Of a stretch of 55,119 nucleotides of DNA, positions 47,501 to 55,119 are shown piece after piece; positions within the stretch are counted from its first letter, which is position 1; every line of letters begins with the position of its first letter. Source of the stretch: a virus (taxonomy: Duplodnaviria; Caudoviricetes); IMG/VR virus record IMGVR_UViG_3300021368_001314, positions 1-55,119 of that record. One strand, 5' to 3'. The translations under genes were made by a program, and so were the position numbers. Below the pieces are notes generated by a model that did not search any database, was not told the origin of the DNA, and worked only from the letters and a program-made list of their open reading frames with translations.

Positions 47501-47810
47501 TAAGAAACTTTTCTAATTCTATTCTTGCCGTTTCTATTTCTCTAGCAATAGGAGTCATACTATTCATCATACCGGCAAACTGGTCGCCTATGGCTTGACC
47601 TGCCTCTTGTACACCACTAATAGCATCAAGCATAAGAGATTGAAAGACTACGCTTGCAGTTTTAGCATCTTTGATTAATCTGTTTGCTTGGAACGTACCT
47701 ACAACGTCGAAGAAAACCCTAGACGCACCGGCTCTAAGAACAAGTAAAGTAACAGCGCAAACAATAGGTATAAAACTTGTAAGATACCCTAAAAGTAAAT
47801 TATCTATCAT
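44589..47810 (-). CDS. Tail tape measure protein
   Basis: Helical A/Q/E-rich; GEEQGKGGRALRMIYARL...ELGI TMP core; downstream of the G/GT chaperone. Confidence 0.85.
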   Translation of the reverse strand: MIDNLLLGYLTSFIPIVCAVTLLVLRAGASRVFFDVVGTFQANRLIKDAKTASVVFQSLMLDAISGVQEAGQAIGDQFAGMMNSMTPIAREIETARIELEKFLNVTEDTAKVQNEIQATGLDFGFSADQSFQAAARMAQLTGVLGQGSMGVGTEVGMQFGMISNMETEAAMQRMINLQQQTKFMTEGIMENATEQQRIDSIRENSIRVLDQLNTIENRSASTMEQITYVMNQFASQAHITGESIAAMAAQSAVLIEAGEEQGKGGRALRMIYARLGANTSGAADAFHELGIATHDEEENLRSLSEILGDLHKIYGTLEDSEKTALAQKVAGNRHYTRFLKLSENYNRALELEFEATMRLSPALEEINRRRQTDLFQLEKAEARLKNMSGAIGNALIPALTEATNRQADLNAEIAMFLGSGGVGQVVGKMASFGQTFTNAIGPMFNTMVNLQMLTVAMGTYQSVVRALSGDELINQDAYGNKAAAYSTGTAQMMHHAASVQNITDQLKMQTFETEKLEQAIVDKTMADIKSIYTTEQEILGKKQEINLAKEQLLINKKLRQEQARKNVTKKSSILLDADAKLEKKIKTLDGESRALARNNQAIDFNTRKQLNTAQVLQIVGAEYDELTAKIGSHNLAVDIEREQNRKQMLADTAAQAGAMNNLTMKMGAVGTGFMLFGKGQKSMRIGIVLNTAAMVMQLNAMRLKSEATKKDTVNTAVNIKANQGQAFSFAAVGASAKVAAKSIVASSRAVMAAVPQYLALGLAAMAVVEALEFLGIMGDTSNLDFDSDLESIDKYKASTGELMDLIKDESHTIDSLTTSIKEKKAEVETLSKFEDTVTKARIEQLHTELGLEQSLLDIKKAQSIIAQQQAGTFDSTIIDEYFALNNELDSLFDKYGKNGTGISLKGYEQMAARIKSDLPFGESFGKQIKDAEKDLADFAKENEVIYSLMQERGIESLEDWEAFIDGVKSGLEILSTAERDAIGMVVDGYTEASDALHEFSNAREELFYGFSSNNLTGNLVKQVVQQGVETLITTTEVIMTNTFNGMTTTEAANQILDEIERGAGLRGMSLSSS

Positions 47811-48117
47811 GCTGCACTATCTCCACTCTCACCCTTTATAGGCATTCCGCTATCCTTAATCGCTTGTAGTACATCACCACCGTTTGATAAGTATTTTCGT
47901 TGCTCTCTCCTTTGATTTCTACGTGCTACTGCACCTTTAGCATCAGTCTTAGCATCTTTAGTTGCTTCGGATATTTTATCGCTGATTTCTGCTGCCATAA
48001 TCATGTCTAGTTGCATTTTATATGCTCCGCCCTCACCATCATACCTATCCCACAAATCAGAGGGTAATACCCCCTTATACGCCATACATAGAGAGGGGGC
48101 TACTCTAATAAAGTCTA
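47807..48117 (-). CDS. Tail assembly chaperone T portion (reached by -1 frameshift)
   Basis: The -1 frame from the slippery site reads FIDFIRVAPSLCMAYKGVLPSD... without a stop. Confidence 0.75.
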
Positions 48118-48456
48118 TAAAGGGACTGCGCCCTCTTCTGTATCTCCACGAACGAATTGTAATATTTCATTTAGTTCTTCAAATGTTAAATCATCTAAAC
48201 TAATTTTTTCATCTAAGATGCAATTAGGAACCCACGCCTCTATTTGGTCAGTCATTCCCGCACCCATTTCATCTAGCATAGTAGCAAACTCTTCATTCTG
48301 TTCATCGGTCCAATCAGTAGGTTCACCCGCATGACGCATTTTTCTAAATGCTTGTGCTTGTAGATTTGTAATTTTGAGTTTCGCCATTCCAGACGCTTGT
48401 TTAACCCATATTCTTGTTCCATCATTTAGTTCTATTTCTTTTTTTAGTACTGGCAT
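48115..48456 (-). CDS. Tail assembly chaperone G
   Basis: Between tail tube and TMP; ends ...AVPL with C CCT TTA TAG; likely start MPVLKKEIEL. Confidence 0.75.
   Translation of the reverse strand: MPVLKKEIELNDGTRIWVKQASGMAKLKITNLQAQAFRKMRHAGEPTDWTDEQNEEFATMLDEMGAGMTDQIEAWVPNCILDEKISLDDLTFEELNEILQFVRGDTEEGAVPL
48118..48124 (-). other. -1 programmed ribosomal frameshift heptamer C CCU UUA
   Basis: X XXY YYZ in frame immediately before the stop; downstream CCCCCT/AGGGGG stem. Confidence 0.8.
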
Positions 48457-48574
48457 ATTTATCACTCTTTTTTCTTTCTTTTGGCGGCTCAGCCTCACTT
48501 ATCAGACGGATAGTTCCATCTTCTTTAATTTCCCAAACACCTAAAGTGTTTATGAAAGTATTCCTATCATTCAT
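48422..48574 (-). CDS. Small basic protein (50 aa)
   Basis: ATGA overlap with the upstream gene; MNDRNTF...WEIKEDG... Confidence 0.4.
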   Translation of the reverse strand: MNDRNTFINTLGVWEIKEDGTIRLISEAEPPKERKKSDKYASTKKRNRTK

Positions 48575-48819
48575 TCTTCTTCATCTACTTTTGGGGTAAA
48601 AGAACGGGGTAATGCTTTCATTACTTTATCCCATCCTAAATCAATTGCTTCATCTCTTGTTAAGGTAGTATTAGCCACAATGTGTCCTTTTACTAAACCT
48701 AGACGATAACCTGCTTTTCTATCTGCTTCATTAGCCCACCAAAACACTTCTTCGGGAGAATGCTGCCCTAGTGCTGCGGCCAAAACTTCTATATCGTCTG
48801 TTGCGACCAATACTCTCAT
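48571..48819 (-). CDS. Hypothetical protein in tail module
   Basis: AGGTG RBS. Confidence 0.6.
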   Translation of the reverse strand: MRVLVATDDIEVLAAALGQHSPEEVFWWANEADRKAGYRLGLVKGHIVANTTLTRDEAIDLGWDKVMKALPRSFTPKVDEEE

Positions 48820-48828
48820 TGTAACACC

Positions 48829-48966
48829 TTACTCTTTCTTAGATTTTTTAGCAGCCTTCTTTTTTGGTGCCGCTTTCTTTTTTCTTTCGATAAGTTTTTC
48901 AACCAATCTACCATCTTTCATCTCTTTAGACCAAATGTTTCCTTCTTTATCTTCATATGTTTCCAT
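48829..48966 (-). CDS. Small Lys-rich protein (45 aa, ...KKKAAPKKKAAKKSKKE)
   Basis: AGGTGA RBS. Confidence 0.55.
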   Translation of the reverse strand: METYEDKEGNIWSKEMKDGRLVEKLIERKKKAAPKKKAAKKSKKE

Positions 48967-48981
48967 TTTCTCACCTTATAT

Positions 48982-49179
48982 TTATGCTACATCATACCAT
49001 ACTACGGTTAATGTAATGACATTACTGTCTTTTTTTCTTGTAGTATCACAAGAAATTACTACGTCATCGTTGGCTATTGCAGCCCTAAATGCCGTTTGTA
49101 CTTCTGCTGCTGTTCCTGTAAAAGCATTAACTTTTAGTTTGGTTTTGTCTGATATTACTGTACCACCATTGTTAGCCAT
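48982..49179 (-). CDS. Small virion-associated protein
   Basis: GAGGTGA RBS; follows the tail tube gene. Confidence 0.6.
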   Translation of the reverse strand: MANNGGTVISDKTKLKVNAFTGTAAEVQTAFRAAIANDDVVISCDTTRKKDSNVITLTVVWYDVA

Positions 49180-49190
49180 ACTTGTTCACC

Positions 49191-50399
49191 TCAGTATGCT
49201 GTTGGCGCACCGCTACCGTCATCTAAGCCTGTACCTGCTATGCTAATGTCAATTGCTTTTCCTAGTAGTGGATTCACTAATGCTGTAAAGTTTACAGACA
49301 TTGTGTTTGTATCTCTACCGCTTACGTTAGCAGTAGGGGCTTCAAACCTTAAGTGGTATAGGTTAATTGTAAGATTAGAAGGTGTTGATTCGTCATCAGT
49401 AAAGACTAACTGCATAATAGAGTTACCGTTGTAGTTAGGGTCCTCAAAGGATAAACCATCTTCTGCAACTAAAGTATCGTAGGTAGGTTCTTCTGCTGCT
49501 GCTGTGTAAACAACTTCGTTAAAGTCAATACTACCTGTAATCTCCATTTGTTGTGAAGCAGGTGCGTGTCTGTAAGTACTGCTACCTAGACCGTATGAGT
49601 TATCTGTATCTCTGTTCATAGAAATACTTAGGTTTACTCCCTTTACCTTTGCTGTTGCTGAACCTAATCCGTCTGTACCATTGTCGAACTTTACTGTACC
49701 GTTAGCGAAATGAAGTGCATCTAAAGAAACACCGTCATAAAGAACTGTACTTGTTTGTAATGCAGATGTAGCGGATTCTGATTTCCCTACGAAATCAAAA
49801 CTAGCCATAACGTATTCTCCTACGTTAGCAGTTAAAGACATACTGTTAAGCATCATGCCTGTGTATGTGTGTTCTTTTGCTTCTCTACCTACTCTTACGG
49901 TAAAAGAAGGATAGATAATTTTGTATGCGTCTGCTGCATCCCAAGCACCTGCGGAATGTGTAGCAGTAAATCTGTACAATTCATCATTGTAAATAACGTA
50001 ATCTCCAATAGCGTAAGAAGTAGATGCAGAAAATACACCTTCGTTTGCTAATGCTGTATTACTTGTTCTTTTGTTAAGACCAAAAAATGCTTGCTCTAAT
50101 GAATGTTTTGAAGTAGCACCGCTACCCGATACTGTGTCATCCGGTAAAATACCGTGTAGTAGCATTCCGAAGAAATCATCTACTTGTACAGCCATGTTTA
50201 TTCCACCCTCGGAATACTCTGTACCTGTTACCATTTTGCTTGATTGTTGTCTGCTTATATCTGACCTACCTAGCATCTCAAAGTTCATTGAAATTGATTC
50301 ATCATCAATCTCACCAAATGTTTGTGTTCCACTAGGTTCGGTTCCGTATGCCGCTTCTTTTTCTATTGAAATATACCTATTTAAGAACTCTGTCGCCAT
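49191..50399 (-). CDS. Major tail tube protein with inserted carbohydrate-binding-like module
   Basis: IEKEAAYGTEP start, PSFTVRVG..YTGM, EITGSIDF; insert FSASTSYAIGDYVIYNDELYRF..H. Confidence 0.8.
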   Translation of the reverse strand: MATEFLNRYISIEKEAAYGTEPSGTQTFGEIDDESISMNFEMLGRSDISRQQSSKMVTGTEYSEGGINMAVQVDDFFGMLLHGILPDDTVSGSGATSKHSLEQAFFGLNKRTSNTALANEGVFSASTSYAIGDYVIYNDELYRFTATHSAGAWDAADAYKIIYPSFTVRVGREAKEHTYTGMMLNSMSLTANVGEYVMASFDFVGKSESATSALQTSTVLYDGVSLDALHFANGTVKFDNGTDGLGSATAKVKGVNLSISMNRDTDNSYGLGSSTYRHAPASQQMEITGSIDFNEVVYTAAAEEPTYDTLVAEDGLSFEDPNYNGNSIMQLVFTDDESTPSNLTINLYHLRFEAPTANVSGRDTNTMSVNFTALVNPLLGKAIDISIAGTGLDDGSGAPTAY

Positions 50400-50450
50400 A
50401 TTATTACCTCTATGTGTGTGTAGAACGAACCGAGTCTCTTATCAATATTA

Positions 50451-51515
50451 TTATCTATGCCGCATATCTAACAAACGCATATATGTCAAAGTTAAAGTAT
50501 GCACACATACTGTTTCGTCATCATCCATTTTAGTATCTAATTCTGCGCTATATGACACAAGGCTATCAGTAGTACCTAAAACACCAGTATTAACATATAA
50601 TTCGTCAAACACTTCTCCTATAATATTTAAACCTTGTCTGTAAGCATTTTCATAATTAGTACCTTTAGTAGTAACATATATTTCTACATCATAATTTTGC
50701 TTTATCTTAGAACCGGATAATGCCTCAAACTGTGGAGAATCAAGACCTGTAATAACAATATGTATGTTAGGTGTAGTATATCTATTTAACATTCTTGAAG
50801 ATATGTCGTAACCATATACTATATTAGCATCGGAAACTTGTGTTTTTAGATATATTTTTTGTGTATTTTTCAACAAATTAACAACAGCAATACCCATTCT
50901 TGGTACTGCGTCTTGTGCAAAATCACTTGTCATTAATTCTTCGGGCGTAAACGCACCGAACTTAGAATAATATACATTAGACCATTTTACATTACCTGTT
51001 GTGTTTCCCCATTGTATAATTTTAGAAGAACCTGTTGCTCCTGTTACAGTACTAAATATATCTTCTGCATTATCATCCTGTATAATTTCATGTATATACA
51101 TTTTAGCAGTTCCAGATGCGTCTAAAGTTAAACGCAAAACTAAAGGTACTGGGTTATTTTCCGTTAAAAGTAAATCTAAATCACTTACTGTAACTGTTGT
51201 AGCACCTACTAATTTAAGAGATGTACCATTACCAGTACCTTTTACTTCTACCTTCTTTGTACCGTTATCTAATTTTATAAGTACTTCGTCATCATCCGGT
51301 GCAGTAGTGTAAGATAAACACGCAACAAATGTGTACGCTGTATCAGTTGTAGGCGTTATAGTATAAGTACCGTTCGTTACAACCCAATCACCACTAGAAG
51401 CAGTACCACCACCGGATGCAGCAGTCCAAGAATCTTGGAAATACCCTGTCAATGATTCGGGGTCTGTACCATTCATTCTACTATTCCAATACTGTGTTGT
51501 TTTCGCTACTGCCAT
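50451..51515 (-). CDS. Tail terminator-like protein with N-terminal beta-rich extension
   Basis: Directly upstream of the tail tube; C-terminal P.I.I...YDVEIYV...HTLTLTY. Confidence 0.55.
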   Translation of the reverse strand: MAVAKTTQYWNSRMNGTDPESLTGYFQDSWTAASGGGTASSGDWVVTNGTYTITPTTDTAYTFVACLSYTTAPDDDEVLIKLDNGTKKVEVKGTGNGTSLKLVGATTVTVSDLDLLLTENNPVPLVLRLTLDASGTAKMYIHEIIQDDNAEDIFSTVTGATGSSKIIQWGNTTGNVKWSNVYYSKFGAFTPEELMTSDFAQDAVPRMGIAVVNLLKNTQKIYLKTQVSDANIVYGYDISSRMLNRYTTPNIHIVITGLDSPQFEALSGSKIKQNYDVEIYVTTKGTNYENAYRQGLNIIGEVFDELYVNTGVLGTTDSLVSYSAELDTKMDDDETVCVHTLTLTYMRLLDMRHR

Positions 51516-51517
51516 AT

Positions 51518-52696
51518 TTACTGCCTCTTTAATTGTTTTCTAAATGTTCTGCCACTCATACCTTGCCTTCTATTAAATCTTGTACCTTTACCTAAAAAGT
51601 ATGCAGCAGTACCGGATTTAGGAGAAGGTCGTACATTTGGCCTAACTCTAAATGGTTGTTGAGTGTTTTCTCGCAATTCTGTTAAAGATTTGCCGCCTTT
51701 TTTCATTCTACTACCTCTTGCACCAGTAGGTCTTGTACTACTATCTCCTTCATCGAAAGAACCTATAATGAAAGAAATATATCTTGAATATTTTTCTGTT
51801 CCTTCGCCTTTTTCTTCTATTAAATTACCGTATAAAGACCTAGCAATTCTACTTATAGCATCACCTGTTAATTTATGGGCTGACCCTCTTGCGTTGAAAG
51901 AAGTAATACTATTTTCTCCTGTGGGTACATCTGTATGACCCCATCTTGATTTCTTTTTAAAATGCTTGCTTTTACTCGTTCCGGGCCTATTATTTATCTC
52001 TCTTCTTGTTTCTACTACTGTTCTATGTACTACATCACCCAAAAAAGCCTTAGATAACATATACACTCCTTCTGTCAAATAAGTAGATTGTTTGATAAAA
52101 GCCGATTTATCGAAATAAGCCTTAAAACTTAAGTTGTATTCTTTATTTCTAAGAGGTTTTGGGTATTTAGGTTTACTTCTATCTATTCTACCACCGGCTT
52201 TAAAACCAAAACGGCCCTGCCTTAAATTAGAGGCTGCTCTTTGTTTTCTTAATACTCTATTCCATGCTTCTCTTGATTTAGCCGCAGATGTAGCCTCGGC
52301 TGTTTCCCCGCTTTTTAATTTAATTTCTGTACCCGGCATATATCCCGGTGCGGTAAATAAACTTCTCATATTTGCTTGTTGAGAGTTTCTAAAGCCCGCA
52401 GACCCTATTCGGCTATTGTCTTTATTTTGTTTTAAGTATCTTTTATCTTGTTTTGTTAAAGCCCTACCGTCTCTAATTTTACCTTGACTTAATTCAAACC
52501 AAGTTCTATTTTCTAATTCTGCTATTTGGCTTTGAAAATTGCGTATATTTTCCCCTAATACTTTAGAGTAAATACCTCTTGCTTTAGTCATTGTTCCTAA
52601 TCTAACCCAACCCGGATGGACATAGTTTTCTCCACTAATAAAAACTGCGCCTTTCTTTTCTTGTTTTACCTTAAATTGTTTTTTTAGATTAGCCAT
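51518..52696 (-). CDS. Very basic head-tail / tail-completion-region protein
   Basis: Position between adaptor and terminator; K/R-rich. Confidence 0.5.
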   Translation of the reverse strand: MANLKKQFKVKQEKKGAVFISGENYVHPGWVRLGTMTKARGIYSKVLGENIRNFQSQIAELENRTWFELSQGKIRDGRALTKQDKRYLKQNKDNSRIGSAGFRNSQQANMRSLFTAPGYMPGTEIKLKSGETAEATSAAKSREAWNRVLRKQRAASNLRQGRFGFKAGGRIDRSKPKYPKPLRNKEYNLSFKAYFDKSAFIKQSTYLTEGVYMLSKAFLGDVVHRTVVETRREINNRPGTSKSKHFKKKSRWGHTDVPTGENSITSFNARGSAHKLTGDAISRIARSLYGNLIEEKGEGTEKYSRYISFIIGSFDEGDSSTRPTGARGSRMKKGGKSLTELRENTQQPFRVRPNVRPSPKSGTAAYFLGKGTRFNRRQGMSGRTFRKQLKRQ

Positions 52697-52705
52697 ATAA
52701 TTACC

Positions 52706-53230
52706 TCAAGAAAAACTTCCGAGATGAGCCAATCTTGTAAGGTTATTTACTCCCCTTTCTCTAAGTACATTTCCTCTTAGAGTATCACCACCTTCGTGAA
52801 ATGTGGATTCATCTTCCATGTAATATGCTGCTGCTATATCTGCACATATTTCTCTAAGAACGTGTGCAAACTCACCTTGTTGAACAGTAACACCACTTGC
52901 GTGTGCAATAGAAACTCCTGTAACACCTGTTAAATCATTACTAGATTTACCAGTCCAAGATATTGTATCACCGTCAATATTGCCGCTACCGGAAGTAGCA
53001 AACGCACTTGCGCTAGTTAGTGTTATAGTGGTAGCACCTACTGATACAGCACCGTTAGCGGTAGTTTCTGTAACACTAGGGTTAGACCTACCATAATCAT
53101 TATAGACCTGTTCTATTTCAATAGAAGCCCTACGGATTGCTACTTGTAAAGTATTACCTGCCTGTACTCTTTGCGCTGAGTTAAGACCCAATCTAAGTCC
53201 GACATCACTTGTAGAACAATAATATACCAT
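52706..53230 (-). CDS. Head-tail adaptor protein
   Basis: YCSTSDV..., AIRRASIEIE, LREICADIAAAYY; beta insert. Confidence 0.7.
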   Translation of the reverse strand: MVYYCSTSDVGLRLGLNSAQRVQAGNTLQVAIRRASIEIEQVYNDYGRSNPSVTETTANGAVSVGATTITLTSASAFATSGSGNIDGDTISWTGKSSNDLTGVTGVSIAHASGVTVQQGEFAHVLREICADIAAAYYMEDESTFHEGGDTLRGNVLRERGVNNLTRLAHLGSFS

Positions 53231-53402
53231 TTAAACCAATCACTCCTATTACTAATATCTGCGTTATCCAATGCATACGCATACTTTTGGTTTGATATTT
53301 TTCAAGTGTCTTTTCAATATTACTAACTTTTACAGCAGTAGAGCCGCTTGTTTGAGACAAATGGCTTACCCACGCATTCCATCTTTCTCTTTCGCTTGTC
53401 AT
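53205..53402 (-). CDS. Small coiled-coil protein with C-terminal TM helix
   Basis: VSNIEKTL...WITQILVIGVIGLNGILLF. Confidence 0.5.
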   Translation of the reverse strand: MTSERERWNAWVSHLSQTSGSTAVKVSNIEKTLEKYQTKSMRMHWITQILVIGVIGLNGILLFYK

Positions 53403-53406
53403 ATAA

Positions 53407-53649
53407 TCACATTTGTGTAGATATTCCCATAGCACCCGCTACTATTGCTATTAGGGTAAATATAATTTTTTGCATATTAGCCATATAAGTACCTATTAGG
53501 CCGTTAGTTATTTCCAATTCAGTAGCCACCTTAGCAAGCCCTGTTTGCATATTTACTTGAGACTGTACAAGTTGTTCTATCAACCTTTCATGTCTTTCGG
53601 TTATATTCTCTAAGTTATCTAACCTTAAAGATATTACGTCGTCTGACAC
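53407..53649 (-). CDS. Coiled-coil protein with C-terminal TM helix (XhlA/holin-like architecture)
   Basis: LRLDNLE...QKIIFTLIAIVAGAMGI. Confidence 0.55.
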   Translation of the reverse strand: MSDDVISLRLDNLENITERHERLIEQLVQSQVNMQTGLAKVATELEITNGLIGTYMANMQKIIFTLIAIVAGAMGISTQM

Positions 53650-54035
53650 TAAGCCTCACCCATGTGTGCTTCTAATCGAGCCACAAGGTCTGCTTTTTTG
53701 CCTTTAACTGAAAGACCTGCTTCTTTCAATTTTTCTTTTAGTTCAGAAACATTATGTGAATCAAGAGTTTTTTCTATTTTCTCTATTTCTTCTTTTGCTT
53801 CTTCGGCTTTCTCCTTAACCTCATCTACTGAATCTAATAATTCGTCTAGTGTTATTTTACCATCAGCACTTAGTACTAGGTATTTTTTGTACAAAAATAC
53901 ACCTATACCTACTAATGCTGCTAAAGATAACAGTATTAATTCTATATCATCTAATAATGAAGATGAGTCTAAGGGTATGCAATCTATTGTTTCGTTTAGT
54001 GCATTCATGCACGTTTCTGTTGTTGTGTTATTCAT
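53649..54035 (-). CDS. Membrane protein with EF-hand-like loop and C-terminal SAP domain
   Basis: TM ILLSLAALVGIGVFL, ADGKITLDE, NVSELKEKLKEAGLSVKGKKADLVARL. Confidence 0.75.
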   Translation of the reverse strand: MNNTTTETCMNALNETIDCIPLDSSSLLDDIELILLSLAALVGIGVFLYKKYLVLSADGKITLDELLDSVDEVKEKAEEAKEEIEKIEKTLDSHNVSELKEKLKEAGLSVKGKKADLVARLEAHMGEA

Positions 54036-54037
54036 TT

Positions 54038-54214
54038 TTATTCCTCTCTATCGTATATTATTTGTTTAACTGCTGAGTGTGGTATAACAGTAAATGCTCT
54101 TTCACTACCCCTTCGGTAAATCTTGAACCCATGAGGTGTCTCTTCAATGTTTACATTGGTATATGACTTTTCGGGCGCAATATACACTATTTTTCCTGTT
54201 CTTACTACTCCCAT
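54038..54214 (-). CDS. Small beta-barrel (Sm-like) protein (58 aa)
   Basis: MGVVRTGKIVY...FTVIPHSAVKQIIY; fills the gap. Confidence 0.5.
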   Translation of the reverse strand: MGVVRTGKIVYIAPEKSYTNVNIEETPHGFKIYRRGSERAFTVIPHSAVKQIIYDREE

Positions 54215-54218
54215 AAAA

Positions 54219-54788
54219 TCACTCCCAACGTGGACCTTCGGCCCATCCTACTAGACTTGTCCTACTACCTTTAGTAATAGGTGCAACTCCGTGTTCAAAG
54301 TATGATAAGAAACATATTACTGTACCTTTCTTAGCAAGTGCTACTGGGTCGGGATTCTGAGTATGGCTAAATGTTAATTCACCACCTTCATAATCTTCGG
54401 GGTCTGATAATTGTACGACAATACTTACCTTTCTATGCATTCCGTCTTGTCTGTTCCAGTCAATGTCATGGTGCATACCATAATGATAACCTATATCTTT
54501 GTATTCTGTAAATTGTAAAGGGGGTAAATAAGATACTTTTACGTTAAAATGTTCGTTGGCTTTTTCTATATACCACATCATTTGTTCTGTAAGAGGTTTG
54601 TATTTTTCATCTTGTAGCCACCTTATTTGGGTTTTTCTATGACCATCTTCTTCACCTTCACCTGTTCTAAAGGTAGAGGCTTTTTGAGGCTCTGCTTCCT
54701 TTGCCGCCTCAATTATTTCATTCACTAATTCTTCACTCAACGCTTCTTCCCACATTATCCATGCGGGATGTTTCATCATTTCTGACAT
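54219..54788 (-). CDS. 2OG-Fe(II) oxygenase (prolyl-4-hydroxylase / PKHD-type)
   Basis: HxD (HHD), RKVS, YEGGEL, HGVAPITKGSRTSLVGW; own TATA CTTAAATA about 30 bp upstream. Confidence 0.88.
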   Translation of the reverse strand: MSEMMKHPAWIMWEEALSEELVNEIIEAAKEAEPQKASTFRTGEGEEDGHRKTQIRWLQDEKYKPLTEQMMWYIEKANEHFNVKVSYLPPLQFTEYKDIGYHYGMHHDIDWNRQDGMHRKVSIVVQLSDPEDYEGGELTFSHTQNPDPVALAKKGTVICFLSYFEHGVAPITKGSRTSLVGWAEGPRWE

Positions 54789-54824
54789 ATACTACCATTA
54801 CATCATAGGGTATTTAAGGAGTAT

Positions 54825-55118
54825 CTAATTAAAGATGTAAGTAATTGTTAATTCGGGTGCGGCTGTTGAGCCGTGAGCATTAGTAGCCGTACAATTTACT
54901 TTCATTATTAACTCCATACCGCCACTTGGATATGTTACGCCGCCTTTACCACCCGCAAACTGCCAATACACCTTTTCACCTGCACCGTTTGTACCTGTTG
55001 CATCTTGGCTTGTTGATGCTGTGCCTATAATAGATGTAGTACCATTTACACTTGAGTTTGAATCAATTGATACATCCCATGCAAATGACGTTGCACCTGT
55101 GGCTCTACAATATCCTTT
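54825..55118 (-). CDS. C-terminus of an Ig-like virion protein (5'-truncated)
   Basis: Open frame ...FAWDV...VNCTATNAHGST...TITYIFN*. Confidence 0.55.
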   Translation of the reverse strand, partial: KGYCRATGATSFAWDVSIDSNSSVNGTTSIIGTASTSQDATGTNGAGEKVYWQFAGGKGGVTYPSGGMELIMKVNCTATNAHGSTAAPELTITYIFN

Positions 55119-55119
55119 G

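Larger units (their letters stand above)
1..55119. mobile_element. Segment of a tailed archaeal virus genome (siphovirus-like; probably MG-II/Poseidoniales magrovirus-type)
   Basis: Terminase, tape measure and tail genes together with archaeal-type replication genes (PolB, RFC, PCNA-like, PriS/L, XPF), TATA promoters about 30 bp before starts, GGTGA/GGAGA RBS; no cellular housekeeping genes. Confidence 0.85.

Noticed and set aside
1258-54076. Many 60-190 aa ORFs antisense to long genes
   Set aside because: Shadow ORFs on the opposite strand of well-supported genes.

Overview
About 55 kb of a large tailed dsDNA virus of an archaeal host. Gene content and TATA/GGTGA signals best fit a marine Poseidoniales (MG-II) 'magrovirus'-type siphovirus; that host call is inference. 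Layout: (1) metallophosphoesterase and terminase large subunit (1-2450, +). (2) A gene-poor, AT-rich control region (about 4500-8850) with about 47 copies (hand count) of CCTACAAAA in both orientations, a strand-divergence point and duplicated gene modules. (3) An 'early' array of small genes (about 7800-19000) punctuated by GACGCTTGCGAAGCA-like motifs (11 copies, plus a 12th at 25782). Each lies 26 bp (once 25) before a TATA box and is often translated as the C-terminus of the upstream gene (DACEA/DACDT). (4) An archaeal-type replication and proteostasis module (20300-37770, +): MCM-like ATPase, RFC, RPA-like SSB, GroES/GroEL, P-loop ATPase, PCNA-like clamp, PolB, Cas4-like nuclease, PriS-PriL primase, XPF/ERCC4 nuclease. 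It has its own promoter motif and a structured intergenic RNA candidate. (5) A convergent (-) tail module: 2272-aa tail protein, tape measure, G/GT chaperone with a -1 slippery site, tail tube with a CBM-like insert, terminator, adaptor, small membrane proteins and a 2OG-Fe(II) oxygenase. The most novel signal is a three-class cis-element system plus a family of winged-helix paralogues. It may be a viral transcription cascade and/or a promoter-cassette gene-shuffling system. All calls come from reading the sequence; no database searches were run.
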